64,000 nt of DNA, taken from IMG/VR virus record IMGVR_UViG_3300045902_000133; one strand, written 5' to 3'. Below are positions 10,011 through 20,644 of the stretch, piece after piece; position 1 is the stretch's first letter; each line of letters begins with the position of its first letter. Source of the stretch: an uncultured virus (IMG/VR IMGVR_UViG_3300045902_000133). Taxonomy: Duplodnaviria > Heunggongvirae > Uroviricota > Caudoviricetes. The position numbers and the translations under genes are program-made. Under the pieces are notes generated by a model, which was given only the letters and a program-made list of their open reading frames with translations, made no database searches and was not told the DNA's origin.

Positions 10011-10556
10011 ATGTTGACAATTACGGCAGCACTATGGTTATCAGTAGTCGCACAACCACGTATTGTCAATCGACCATTTCCGGCCCGTGATCGTAGAGAT
10101 ACCACGATCAATTATATTGTAATTCACAATGATAGTAGTCCTGATCCAAAGACCACGTTTCGGTGGTTGCGGCGCAAGCAAAACTCGTATCACTACTACA
10201 TTAGTCGCACCGGTACTATATACCGGCTCGTTGACCCGAAATATGAGGCCGGCCATGCCGGTCTTTCATATTATGATGGTCACTGGCGCATGAATAAAGT
10301 CAGTATAGGCATCTGTTTGCAAAATAGTCCACCAGAAGCTTACACAGAAATTCAATACGACCGTTTATCGTGGCTTGTGTTTCAATTACAAAAGCGTTAT
10401 CCTGATAGTAGGGGCCGACCCATTATAGGTCATTCCGATGTAGCGTGGCCTAGAGGTAGAAAAAATGACCCAGGCGAACATTTCGACTGGAACAAATTTC
10501 ACAGTTATTTAGAGAAACTCAATAATGGAAGATCTAAAGGAAGAACAAGTCATTGA
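10011..10556 (+). CDS. N-acetylmuramoyl-L-alanine amidase (Amidase_2) with N-terminal signal-like segment
   Basis: IVIH, SYHYYI, AGHAG, SIGI, IIGHSDVA..RKNDPG. Confidence 0.85.
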   Translation: MLTITAALWLSVVAQPRIVNRPFPARDRRDTTINYIVIHNDSSPDPKTTFRWLRRKQNSYHYYISRTGTIYRLVDPKYEAGHAGLSYYDGHWRMNKVSIGICLQNSPPEAYTEIQYDRLSWLVFQLQKRYPDSRGRPIIGHSDVAWPRGRKNDPGEHFDWNKFHSYLEKLNNGRSKGRTSH

Positions 10557-11451
10557 AAAGAAGCGCTCTGTGTCATATTCGCAATATACGAAGTGGATGA
10601 CTTGTCCGCATCAGTGGAAATTGCAATATGTAGACGGTCATAAACAAGATTCCGGTATCAATCTGGTTTTTGGTACGGCCATGCACAATGTAATTCAACA
10701 TTGGCTTGGTCTTTTGTATGGTGACGATAAACTCAAGGCTCGTGTTTTCGATATGAACGCGATGCTCAAGGAGCAACTCATAGAATTGGTCAGAGATGAA
10801 CTCATGCCCGAAGGTCGTGAACCACTGACTACGCAGAAAGAAGTGGCTGAGTTTTATGCTGATGGATGTAATATTCTCGAACATATCCGTCAACACCACA
10901 AAGAGTGGTTTCCACCCAATCGGGAATTGATTGGTGTAGAAGTGCCTCTTGAGAAAGAATTGGAAAGAGGAATTTTATTTCGTGGTTACATTGACGTGGT
11001 GATGTATCACAAGGCCACCAAGACGTATTACATTTATGATTTTAAGACCAGCACCCGTGGTTGGTCATACGAGAAAACGGATGTTAACAAAACTGATCAG
11101 CTCATACTATACAAGCGATTCTATGCTGATTTGTTCGGTGTGCCTGTAGACAATATCATTGTTAAATTTATTATTCTTAAGCGTAAACTGCCCGAAAATT
11201 CTGATTTTCCGATAAAACATGTAGCGGGATTTGAACCTAGTCACGGCAAGGTTAGCATGAATCGTGCTGCCGCGCGGTTTCAAAAATTTCTTAATGAAGC
11301 GTTCGACGAAGAAGGCAATCCTCGCCCCGAACAGAAGGCCACTCCCTCCGAGAAGAACTGCAAGTGGTGTCCCTTTAGGAATGATGCATCGTTGTGTTCA
11401 TTTTCTTGGTATTTACCCTCAAATAAAAAGAAGGTCATTCGTAGAGGATAA
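10525..11451 (+). CDS. PD-(D/E)XK RecB/Cas4-like exonuclease
   Basis: SYSQ...CP..W, FGTAMH, GYID..DFKTS, QL.LY, C-terminal CKWCPF...C. Confidence 0.85.
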   Translation: MEDLKEEQVIEKKRSVSYSQYTKWMTCPHQWKLQYVDGHKQDSGINLVFGTAMHNVIQHWLGLLYGDDKLKARVFDMNAMLKEQLIELVRDELMPEGREPLTTQKEVAEFYADGCNILEHIRQHHKEWFPPNRELIGVEVPLEKELERGILFRGYIDVVMYHKATKTYYIYDFKTSTRGWSYEKTDVNKTDQLILYKRFYADLFGVPVDNIIVKFIILKRKLPENSDFPIKHVAGFEPSHGKVSMNRAAARFQKFLNEAFDEEGNPRPEQKATPSEKNCKWCPFRNDASLCSFSWYLPSNKKKVIRRG

Positions 11452-11521
11452 TATGTTGATTTCTATTCTAAGGAATTTCAACAGAAAGAACAATCCAAAC
11501 TTTAACCATTGAGTTCGTAAA

Positions 11522-11791
11522 ATGAATACTGTTCGATTTAACAAGCGGCAATGTCCATACTGTGCAAATATTCTTGACGCCGCCTCAAATGATGAAGACA
11601 TTACTCCACAAGTCGGAGACATCAGTATGTGTTTTTACTGTGGAGAATTGTCGCTGTTTGGAGAAGACAATTTTATTGCCGTGTCTGATGAACAAAAATC
11701 TGAACTACGTGAACATCTAAGTCAAAAAGAACAACATGTTCAGATTCTTCTTCAAGCACGATACCGAGAACTGATGAAACAAGTAGATTAG
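11522..11791 (+). CDS. Zn-finger hypothetical protein
   Basis: CPYC...CFYC. Confidence 0.6.
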   Translation: MNTVRFNKRQCPYCANILDAASNDEDITPQVGDISMCFYCGELSLFGEDNFIAVSDEQKSELREHLSQKEQHVQILLQARYRELMKQVD

Positions 11792-11881
11792 CAGAAATCT
11801 TGAGGGATTTTCGTTTTTCTACCAAACATCTACTACTTATAGTAGAGTCGTTTTTCTGATAGTAGATTTTAGGAGAGTCGC

Positions 11882-12361
11882 ATGGCTAGATCGGATTTTT
11901 ATGTTTACGAGTTAATAGATCCAAGAACATCCAAGCCATTTTATGTTGGTAAGGGTACAGGTGATCGTTTTAAAGAATATTACAAACAAGATTCAAGAAT
12001 AACGTCACATACTCGAGTAATACTGGAAGATATAAAGCTTTCTGGACAATCAGTAGAAGTAAAGATAGTGGCAAAGAATCTTTCCGAGGAAGAAGCTATT
12101 AATTTTGAAGCCGATCTTATCAAAAAGTATGGTCGATCAACAAAAGATGTCGGCGGCATATTGACCAATGTTTTAGCAAAAGATAAGCCAAAGTCAAAAA
12201 TTATAAGGTCTGAATATGCCACAATTCAAATTAGAAATGATATCAAAGAACAAGTAACTGATTTTTGTAATCGTAAAGGTTATAAGATCGGTCGATTCAT
12301 CGAAAATTTGTTTCTCCAAGCTGTATCAGGTAGTACATCGGGTAGCGCTGTACCGAGGTAA
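11882..12361 (+). CDS. GIY-YIG domain protein with short C-terminal RHH-like segment
   Basis: FYVYELIDPR..PFYVGKG..R...E..LI..YGR...LTN. AGGAG RBS. Confidence 0.75.
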   Translation: MARSDFYVYELIDPRTSKPFYVGKGTGDRFKEYYKQDSRITSHTRVILEDIKLSGQSVEVKIVAKNLSEEEAINFEADLIKKYGRSTKDVGGILTNVLAKDKPKSKIIRSEYATIQIRNDIKEQVTDFCNRKGYKIGRFIENLFLQAVSGSTSGSAVPR

Positions 12362-12434
12362 TATATGACTCAGTGTACTCAAGTTAGAAGAAGTAACCAA
12401 TGAAATTTCGCTTAGTTCAAAATAAGAGGTTGTG

Positions 12435-13970
12435 ATGACGGACACGTTACTACAAGAATCAGAAGTAGCAGGAACCGGTCGGTTTGATTCGAACGGAATA
12501 ACAACACTACAATCAGGTGCAATGGAAGACATCAAAAATCAAGTTGTTGGTAGTCATGAACAACGCGATGGTTGGATTCCAAAAGATCAACGTAAAAAAA
12601 TCTTACTACTATCTGATGATCTTCGAATGCCGTCTGGTGTCGGTGTTATGTCTCGTGAAATTGTGTTAGGAACGGCGCATCGAATCAATTGGGTCCAGTT
12701 GGGAGCCGCTATCAATCATCCAGAGGCCGGCCGAGGAATTGATATCAGTGCTTCCATAGAAACGGAATATGGTATCAAAGATCCTTATGTTCGTATTTTC
12801 CCATATAATGGATATGGCGATCCACCTATTCTACGTTGGTTGATTAATAATGAACGGCCCGATGCCATCATGCATTTTACCGACCCGCGATTTTGGGTTT
12901 GGTTGTATCAAATGGAGCATGAGTTCCGTGATACCATACCGTTATTATTTTATCATGTGTGGGATGATACCCCATATCCAAAGTATAACGAAAATTTCTA
13001 TCGTAGTTGTGATGCCATTTATGCAATTTCCAAACAGACATATAACATAGTACAACAAGTGTGGAAGAAAGACCCCCCAAAGCCGTGGCAAGTCAAATAT
13101 ATTCCACACGGTGTAAACCCAAATCTTTGGAAGCGATATACCGAAAAAGAAGACCTTGACCGCGTTGCACAAATCAGAAAGAACATGTTTGGCGAAGAGG
13201 CTGACACGGTTCAGTTTGTAGTGTTTTATAATAACAGAAATATTCGTCGTAAGATGACTAGTGATGTTATTCTCGCCTATCGTGACTTTTTATTGGGACT
13301 ACCCGAAAAGATGCGGGCCGAGTGCCGACTGCTATTACATACCGCACCTGTAGACGATAATGGTACCGATTTGTATGCCGTGCTTCGTGACGTGGCCCCG
13401 GAAGTTAATGCTGTGTTTTCAACGGCACGACTCGATCCCCGTTCGATGGTGGATATCTATAACAATGTTGATGTTGTCATCAATATTGCATCAAATGAAG
13501 GATTTGGTATTGGTACACTGGAAGCAATGATGTCAGAACGAATGATCATTGCCAATGTTACAGGCGGACTACAAGACCAGATGGGCTTTCGTGACGAGAA
13601 TGGTGAATTACTTAGGGAAGACAAGCATTTTAATGCCGAGTGGGGCACAAATGCTGATGGTCGTTACAAGAATCACGGGGAATGGGTTGTACCCGTATTC
13701 CCGAATAATCGTTCTCTCATTGGTTCTCCACCAACGCCATACATATTTGATGACCGCTGTGACTATCGTGATGCCGCAAAGGCATTGCGGCAAGTGTATG
13801 ATATGGGACCGGAAGAACGTGCTCGGCGTGGAAAGTTGGGCCGAGAGTTTGCAATGGGTCCAGCAGGCATGACCACAGATGAAATGAGTCGTAGATTTAT
13901 GGAGGCATTTGACGAGTGTTTCGAAAATTGGGAACCAAGAGATCGAGTAGGCATCTTCAAAGCGGAGTAA
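12435..13970 (+). CDS. Glycosyltransferase (GT4/GT-B)
   Basis: KILLLSDD, IPHG, NRNIRRK, NEGFGIGTLEA. Confidence 0.85.
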   Translation: MTDTLLQESEVAGTGRFDSNGITTLQSGAMEDIKNQVVGSHEQRDGWIPKDQRKKILLLSDDLRMPSGVGVMSREIVLGTAHRINWVQLGAAINHPEAGRGIDISASIETEYGIKDPYVRIFPYNGYGDPPILRWLINNERPDAIMHFTDPRFWVWLYQMEHEFRDTIPLLFYHVWDDTPYPKYNENFYRSCDAIYAISKQTYNIVQQVWKKDPPKPWQVKYIPHGVNPNLWKRYTEKEDLDRVAQIRKNMFGEEADTVQFVVFYNNRNIRRKMTSDVILAYRDFLLGLPEKMRAECRLLLHTAPVDDNGTDLYAVLRDVAPEVNAVFSTARLDPRSMVDIYNNVDVVINIASNEGFGIGTLEAMMSERMIIANVTGGLQDQMGFRDENGELLREDKHFNAEWGTNADGRYKNHGEWVVPVFPNNRSLIGSPPTPYIFDDRCDYRDAAKALRQVYDMGPEERARRGKLGREFAMGPAGMTTDEMSRRFMEAFDECFENWEPRDRVGIFKAE

Positions 13971-14236
13971 TTCCGCCGGGTGAAGATCCGAAAGTCAGAA
14001 AAATCATCTCGAATACCTCTGTTGCGGACCTTGTATTGCGAGAGTATAAAAAGGAAGAGTTTGACGAACAATTGTGGCGATTGAAGTGGGAAGACTTCAG
14101 ACATCCACATACCGGTGAGAACGGCACTCAATATTTAAATCGTATGAAATCTGAGTTGCCATTCAATCCCTCTTTACAAAAAAATTCTAATGTCATTATT
14201 GTGATTGAACCGTTATATGGACCAAAGAGGTAATAG

Positions 14237-15565
14237 ATGATAAAGCCAATGTGTGTTATTCAGAGCCCACTTGAAACTCGTTCTGGATATGGAGACATGT
14301 CACGAGACATTTGCCGTCATATCATTGAACTTGATCTTTATGATGTGAAATTAGTGAGTATGGGTTGGGGTATGACACCAATGAATGCACTCGACCCAGA
14401 AAAAGACACGGAGTTGATTAAGCGTATAGTGCCGCATCCGGTTCAACTTCCACGTCAACCCGAGTTGTTTATCCAAATTAGTGTACCTAATGAATTCCAA
14501 CCGGTCGGTAAATACAATATTGGTATCACCGCCGGCATTGAAACTACGGCAATTAGCCTACCGTGGGTACAAGGATGTAACCGCATGAATACGGTCTGGA
14601 CTATTTCACAACATTCAAAATTGGTCATTGAATCCACGAGCATAGAAGAACGTACCCCCGATGGGCGGACCATAGCCAATCATAAGGTTACTGTACCGGT
14701 TGAGGTGTTGCATAATTGTATCAATACGGAAATTTTCAAGAAGATACCACCGGAACTTATTGAACCAAAAGTTCGTGAGATGTTTACTAAGGTGAAGGAG
14801 AAATTTGCATTCTTGTTTGTTGGACACTGGTTGCAGGGTAATATTGGTGAAGACCGAAAAAATGTGGGTTTGTTAGTTAGCATTTTTTGTCAAGCGTTCA
14901 AGGATACAGTATCAACAAACAAACCAGCACTAATTCTCAAGACTTCTGGTGCTGGATTTAGTTTGTTAGACCGAGAAGATATTCTCAGAAAAATCAAAGA
15001 TATTCGATCTAGCATTGGTCCAAACTGTCCAAATGTATACTTGATTCACGGTGAATTGACCGAAGCAGAAATGAATAGTCTTTACAATCATCCCAAAGTC
15101 AAGGTACATATCAGTTTGACGAAAGGCGAAGGATTCGGACGCCCATTGTTGGAAGCCACACAAAGCGGCAAACCAATAATTGCCTCTGGTTGGTCAGGTC
15201 CTATCGACTTCTTAGAAAAGGAAAAGTGTATCTTGTTACCTGGTGAACTCAAGAATGTAGACGCCAGCGCGGTCTGGGAAAATGTCATCATCCCAGAATC
15301 ACAATGGTTTAATGTCAATCCTGATGCAGCGGGTAGTGCAATGCTTTTTGCATTCAGGAAGTATGATAATCTCGTTTTGCCAGCTAAGCAGTTGGCGAAA
15401 TCCGTTCGTGACAAGTTCAATTATGCAGTGATCAAGGATCGTACTAAAGACTTACTTGAAAAGTATGTACCGAAGATGGCCGTTCCGGCTCCGGTAGTAT
15501 TGCCTAAACTAAACAAAATTACGAAGAAAGTTGTAAATGAAGAATCTATCCAACCAACTGTCTAA
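14237..15565 (+). CDS. Glycosyltransferase (GT4/GT-B)
   Basis: SGYG, FLFVGHW, EDRKN, GEGFGRPLLEA. Confidence 0.85.
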   Translation: MIKPMCVIQSPLETRSGYGDMSRDICRHIIELDLYDVKLVSMGWGMTPMNALDPEKDTELIKRIVPHPVQLPRQPELFIQISVPNEFQPVGKYNIGITAGIETTAISLPWVQGCNRMNTVWTISQHSKLVIESTSIEERTPDGRTIANHKVTVPVEVLHNCINTEIFKKIPPELIEPKVREMFTKVKEKFAFLFVGHWLQGNIGEDRKNVGLLVSIFCQAFKDTVSTNKPALILKTSGAGFSLLDREDILRKIKDIRSSIGPNCPNVYLIHGELTEAEMNSLYNHPKVKVHISLTKGEGFGRPLLEATQSGKPIIASGWSGPIDFLEKEKCILLPGELKNVDASAVWENVIIPESQWFNVNPDAAGSAMLFAFRKYDNLVLPAKQLAKSVRDKFNYAVIKDRTKDLLEKYVPKMAVPAPVVLPKLNKITKKVVNEESIQPTV

Positions 15566-15938
15566 AACTCGCGACGAACTACCAAGTCATCGCTCGTATC
15601 TATCGAATGAACGAAAAATAGATATAAGTATGGTACTTCCGGGCGATGTTATTCGATTTTTATACGATGGAGAAGAGCGCACTGTGTTTGTGGTCAATCC
15701 TGCCTGGAATAAGTTGCTGCACGGATTGGCTATGAATGTCATCAATAGAAGAGACTTGATGGTAGAAGTTGTATCAAAGCGAAAAGTTGGAGACAACGCG
15801 CAAGATTTTTACAAACTGGTCTTGGATACCAACGCCATCAAAAAAATTGACTGCTACAGAACATATAAGTTAGAAAAGATACAAAGGCTTCGCCGACTTG
15901 ACTACCAAATTGATCAACGAGGACGTGGAGAACTATGA
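15537..15938 (+). CDS. Hypothetical phage protein
   Basis: Overlaps both neighbours. Contains a YRTY motif. Confidence 0.6.
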   Translation: MKNLSNQLSKTRDELPSHRSYLSNERKIDISMVLPGDVIRFLYDGEERTVFVVNPAWNKLLHGLAMNVINRRDLMVEVVSKRKVGDNAQDFYKLVLDTNAIKKIDCYRTYKLEKIQRLRRLDYQIDQRGRGEL

Positions 15939-16648
15939 GTGTAAATGTCGTATATAGACTCAGTGATAATGGATACGCCAAGGTCAAATTTCCTAATGCA
16001 ACTAAGATTCATTGTTTGGAAAATTGTCTAGAACATTTCGACGTTAACAATGTACATTTGTTTGTAGACGAGACCAATCTTCTAGATACCACCCGAACGG
16101 CTATAGAAGAAATTGATCTATCGCGATTCTTCGGCGATTTAAACTATTATGTAGGTGGTAGTTCGGCGGGTAGTTGGCGTCACGTATTTGACTACGCGCT
16201 TCAAAACTTTAACGATGACGATATTGTATATTTCCTTGAAGACGACTATCTTCACTTGTCAGGTTCCGAAAATGCAATTTTAGAAGGGATCCAGATTGCT
16301 GATTATGTGAGTCTCTACGACCATAATGACAAGTATATCCCAGGACAAAACGGCGGCAATCCGTTTGTTGATACCGATGGTGGTGAAATTACCAAGGTAT
16401 TTCGTACTAAGAGCCACCACTGGAAATTGACAAACAGTACCACCATGACGTTTGCGACCACAATTCGGCAACTCAAGAAAGATGAACAAACATGGAGAGA
16501 CTTTACGCAGGGCAGTCACCCTAATGACTTCCAGTGTTTCTTGACGCTTCGTGAACGAGGCCGCAGTTTGATTACCCCAATTCCTGGCCTTTCTACACAT
16601 TGCGAACCGCAGTGGGCCTCACCCGGTATTGATTGGAGTCGCGTATGA
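15935..16648 (+). CDS. Putative GT-A glycosyltransferase
   Basis: VYFLEDDYLH DxD-like motif. Located in the glycosylation island. Confidence 0.7.
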   Translation: MSVNVVYRLSDNGYAKVKFPNATKIHCLENCLEHFDVNNVHLFVDETNLLDTTRTAIEEIDLSRFFGDLNYYVGGSSAGSWRHVFDYALQNFNDDDIVYFLEDDYLHLSGSENAILEGIQIADYVSLYDHNDKYIPGQNGGNPFVDTDGGEITKVFRTKSHHWKLTNSTTMTFATTIRQLKKDEQTWRDFTQGSHPNDFQCFLTLRERGRSLITPIPGLSTHCEPQWASPGIDWSRV

Positions 16649-17556
16649 CCGCCCCAACATTATATGTCCCAAAACAGAAGAAAGACCTACTCATTGGTGC
16701 CGCCGATTTGTATGGTTGGGATCAAATTAAAGTGTGGGCACGTTCTATCAAGGAAAGTGGATTTACCGGTGATGTGATATTGCTGGCATATCGCATCCAG
16801 CCCGATGTTATAGAAAACTGTGAAAAGTTGGGAATTGAAGTATATCAAATCGGCCACGATTCGTTCGGTCAAGCAATTTTGCACAATAGTCGTGGCCGAG
16901 ACACGCAGGCCCATCAGATGCGATTCTTTCATGCATGGCAATTTCTCAATGAAGGTAACAACTGGGAAAATTATACACATGTAATGATCACCGATGTTCG
17001 AGATGTCTGGTTTCAAAAAAATCCACAAGAATGGCTTACCCCCAAATATGGCGTGAGTCGTCTCGATCATTCATTTACAGCACAGTCGTTCATTGCATCA
17101 AGTGAAGGCATCAAATATGGTGATGAACCGTGGGGAGCCGATAATATGTTAAACGGATTTGGTCCCATTGTATTAGAAACCGCAAAAGATTGGACAATTT
17201 ATAATGTTGGTGTAGTGGTGGGTAAGTCACGGGATATGATGGGGTTATTCCTGACTCTTTACAACATGACCGTCGGGCGCTATATTCCCAGTGATCAGTC
17301 AGCTTACAACATTCTTGTCAATGAAACAATGCCGAGGAATTTTCTAAAGACGCAACATTCTGACGGGTGGGCATGCCAGTGTGGTACAGTACTAGACCCG
17401 GAAAAGGCACATTATGTTCCTTATCTTGTAGATACACAACCTAGGGTTGTGAACGGTGTAGTATTGAGTATGCCGTATGAAAAACCATTTCACATCGTTC
17501 ATCAGTGGGATCGGGTGCCTGAGATCAAACAAATTGTAGAGTCAAAGTTTTTATGA
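16645..17556 (+). CDS. Putative GT-A glycosyltransferase
   Basis: MRF, ITDVRDVWFQKNP, DQSAYN, IVHQWDR. Confidence 0.7.
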   Translation: MTAPTLYVPKQKKDLLIGAADLYGWDQIKVWARSIKESGFTGDVILLAYRIQPDVIENCEKLGIEVYQIGHDSFGQAILHNSRGRDTQAHQMRFFHAWQFLNEGNNWENYTHVMITDVRDVWFQKNPQEWLTPKYGVSRLDHSFTAQSFIASSEGIKYGDEPWGADNMLNGFGPIVLETAKDWTIYNVGVVVGKSRDMMGLFLTLYNMTVGRYIPSDQSAYNILVNETMPRNFLKTQHSDGWACQCGTVLDPEKAHYVPYLVDTQPRVVNGVVLSMPYEKPFHIVHQWDRVPEIKQIVESKFL

Positions 17557-19019
17557 AGCAACCAATTAGTATAATTGTATGTTATAGAAATCGCGAAGAT
17601 CATCTTCGACGGTTCGTTCCACATATTACATCATTATTTAGTGATATTAAACATGAAATTATTATCGTGGAACAGGACGATGAAGAACGATTTAAGAGAG
17701 GCGTATTATTGAATGAAGGTGTAAAACTTGCGAAATATGATCTCGTTGCATTACATGATGTAGATTATCTACCGGAATCGGTGGATTGTTATTACGGTGA
17801 TACCGATGTGGTTCAACCGGTTAAACGGGTCAATTTCATCAATATGGATGGAACACCGCGCGCCGAGTCAGATATTCCAACCGGATACAGACATTTCAAA
17901 AACAGTGTAGACGATGATTTTTATGGTGCGGTGACAGTATTTCGCAAGGAGGCATTTTTCAAAATTAATGGTTTCAACTCGTTATATAACGGGTGGGGAC
18001 TTGAAGATGCCGACCTAAGAGAGCGCATCAAACATTATGGATTATCAGTGAGTCGTAATGACGGAACATTTCAAGCACTACCACATCCCGATTCCAATCC
18101 AGGTCTACAAGACGAAAATTTTCAAAGAAATCAAATGATATTCTCCAACTGGAGAAATTATTTGTTCTCTGGTGTAAATACACAAAATCTTACATCGGTT
18201 TCCGTTCGGACATCTCTGGATTCATTACGGCATATTAAAGTTCGTAATTTGCTGGTGTTTACAGAAGAAATGCGTCCGCTATGTAGTGTCGAAGAACTTT
18301 CTAAGTTTTATCAAGATTCGCCTGAGAAACACGAATATATCTGGCGAAATATGAAGAATTTAGTAAACAATACCACATTTTTAAAAGATCATAGAGATTT
18401 TGTAATCAATAACAACTGGGGATATGGCAATCGAGCATTTCACTGGATGTGGTATATACTAGTACGACAAGCGCCTGAAAATTTTAAGTTTCTTGAGATT
18501 GGCGTATTCAAGGGTCAGATAATTAGTCTGATATCACTTTTAAACAAAATACTCGGAAAAAACGGATCCGTGTATGCCGTCACACCACTGAATAAGTCAG
18601 GTGACAAATATGCAACACACCCCGATATTGACTATGAAGAAGCCATTGCTACCATTTATGCTCAATTTGGACTGGATGCCAGTGATTTGGTTTTAATAGA
18701 AGGATATAGTAATGATTCGGACATCATCGGCTCGGTTCGCAATTCAGCACCATATGATTTAGTCTTTGTAGATGGATGTCATGATTACGATGTAGTGGTG
18801 TCAGACTTGACTAATTATAGAGAGATGGTTACTATTAATGGACATATTGTTGTTGACGACTCCAGTAACTATCTGAACATTCCAGATAACTTAATTCGAG
18901 CCAATTGGAAAGGCTTAGAAGATGTATCTCGAGCCACCCGAGATGTGTTGGAAAAAGATTCTCGATTTGTTGAAGTTTTTGCGGTCGGTCATAATAGAAT
19001 TTTTAAGAGGATTTTATAA
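17553..19019 (+). CDS. GT7-like glycosyltransferase fused to a class I SAM methyltransferase
   Basis: N-half: YRNRE.HL, LHDVD, GWGLEDAD. C-half: FLEIGVFKG, VFVDGCHDY, VVDD. Confidence 0.8.
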   Translation: MKQPISIIVCYRNREDHLRRFVPHITSLFSDIKHEIIIVEQDDEERFKRGVLLNEGVKLAKYDLVALHDVDYLPESVDCYYGDTDVVQPVKRVNFINMDGTPRAESDIPTGYRHFKNSVDDDFYGAVTVFRKEAFFKINGFNSLYNGWGLEDADLRERIKHYGLSVSRNDGTFQALPHPDSNPGLQDENFQRNQMIFSNWRNYLFSGVNTQNLTSVSVRTSLDSLRHIKVRNLLVFTEEMRPLCSVEELSKFYQDSPEKHEYIWRNMKNLVNNTTFLKDHRDFVINNNWGYGNRAFHWMWYILVRQAPENFKFLEIGVFKGQIISLISLLNKILGKNGSVYAVTPLNKSGDKYATHPDIDYEEAIATIYAQFGLDASDLVLIEGYSNDSDIIGSVRNSAPYDLVFVDGCHDYDVVVSDLTNYREMVTINGHIVVDDSSNYLNIPDNLIRANWKGLEDVSRATRDVLEKDSRFVEVFAVGHNRIFKRIL

Positions 19020-19672
19020 TGTTTTTTTCGGATGGTTCGGAACTTGACAATAAAATATCAGAAGCGTTGCACGCCATTCACCTCGGCCAACCGCTTATTA
19101 TCGTAGATAGTTATGATCGGGAAAATGAAGGCGACCTAATGATTGCGGCGGAAAAAGCCTCACCAGAAACGCTGGCATTTATTGCAAAGGAAGCTCGTGG
19201 AATCATGTGTATCCCAACAGCCGGTGAAATTCTCGACCGACTACAAATTCCAATGAGTCCCAGTAATAACAATGATAAGTTTAGTACACCATTTACGGTG
19301 AGTATTGATGCCAAAGACGGTGTGACAACTGGCGTTTCCGTGGATGATCGTATGGTTACAATAGGATTAGTTCTTGATCCAACAACACAGCCTGATCAAC
19401 TTGCATATCCCGGTCATTTATTTCCACTTCGTCCACGGCCCGGCCTACTACGTGAACGACAAGGACATACCGAAGCTTCAGTTCAGCTTTGTATTTTAGC
19501 TGGTCTCAAGCCTGTTGCTATTATCTGTGAGATTATGAACGACGATGGTAGTATGGCTCGGGTGCCTGATCTAGTGCCATATGCGGAGAGATGGCAACTA
19601 TCTATGATTTCTATTGACGAGATTATTGAATATCTTGATAAATATGGTATCGAAACTTCACTGGCTATCTGA
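19019..19672 (+). CDS. ribB: 3,4-dihydroxy-2-butanone 4-phosphate synthase
   Basis: DRENEGD, FTVSID, TTGVS, PGHLFPL, RQGHTEA, ICEIMNDDGSMAR. Confidence 0.92.
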   Translation: MFFSDGSELDNKISEALHAIHLGQPLIIVDSYDRENEGDLMIAAEKASPETLAFIAKEARGIMCIPTAGEILDRLQIPMSPSNNNDKFSTPFTVSIDAKDGVTTGVSVDDRMVTIGLVLDPTTQPDQLAYPGHLFPLRPRPGLLRERQGHTEASVQLCILAGLKPVAIICEIMNDDGSMARVPDLVPYAERWQLSMISIDEIIEYLDKYGIETSLAI

Positions 19673-19675
19673 ATT

Positions 19676-20644
19676 ATGACGCAATTGGTTACTCGCGCTT
19701 ACAACCGATTTGAAACGAGTTTTCCTAAAGGAATCATCACGAAGATAAGCAAGGAACCGCGCCTTCGTGATGAACGTGGTTACTATATTGCTATCAATCG
19801 GGATTGTCCTGATCAGGCCGTGTATTTTCCGCGATTTGTTGATTTCGGCACTCGTTCATCGGATGCCGGTGATGAATATTGGTTTTCGCTCGAATATCTT
19901 CGTTATCCCACCCTGTCGGATCTCGTTCTAGGTAAGATTGAACATCTGATTTGGTGGGATAATGTGTTTCGCGATTTGTCTAGGGTGATGGATGAATGGG
20001 ACACCGTGAAGGATCCACATCCAGGTAAGAACGATTATACTCGTGAAATGTACATCACAAAAACACAAAGCGAGTATAATAAATTCAAGTATGGTTGGTC
20101 GGATCAGATTGGTAATTTATTCGATGAAACCGTCATTGGTATTAATAATCGTCCATACTCAAATTTTCATATTATTTGGCCTGAGATACGTGATTATATA
20201 GAACAACATATGTTGGACTATGATTCTGTACTCATTCACGGCGATTGTTGTTTTAGTAATATTTTTTATTCGGACGGGATGATACGTTTCATTGATCCTC
20301 GCGGTAGTTTTGGAAAACTCGGCATATATGGCGACCGTCGGTACGATATTGCAAAGCTGTATCATTCTGTAGATGGAATGTATGACTTCATCATCAATGA
20401 TAGGTTTACTGTTACAACTCACGGTGCCGATCTAGAACTAAAATTCCATCGGTGGCAAGAAGCAGAACGGGCCTTAGGAGAATTCGAGAAACATTTCTTT
20501 CCAAAATATAATCAGAAAGAAATCAAGATTCTTCAAGGCTGTATTTACATCGGTATGTGTGCTCGTCATTATGATAGTTTGGCTCGACAAACTGTGATGT
20601 ATGCTACGGGCGTTCGATTACTCAACGAAGCACTGGAACTATGA
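19676..20644 (+). CDS. APH/choline-kinase-like phosphotransferase (capsule BcbE-type kinase domain)
   Basis: TRAYN, IHGDCCFSNI, FIDPRG, GD.RYDIAKL.HS. Confidence 0.75.
   Translation: MTQLVTRAYNRFETSFPKGIITKISKEPRLRDERGYYIAINRDCPDQAVYFPRFVDFGTRSSDAGDEYWFSLEYLRYPTLSDLVLGKIEHLIWWDNVFRDLSRVMDEWDTVKDPHPGKNDYTREMYITKTQSEYNKFKYGWSDQIGNLFDETVIGINNRPYSNFHIIWPEIRDYIEQHMLDYDSVLIHGDCCFSNIFYSDGMIRFIDPRGSFGKLGIYGDRRYDIAKLYHSVDGMYDFIINDRFTVTTHGADLELKFHRWQEAERALGEFEKHFFPKYNQKEIKILQGCIYIGMCARHYDSLARQTVMYATGVRLLNEALEL

Noticed and set aside
13916..14233. ORF between the two GT4 genes
   Set aside because: There is no convincing start outside the upstream gene. It may be a gene remnant but cannot be supported.
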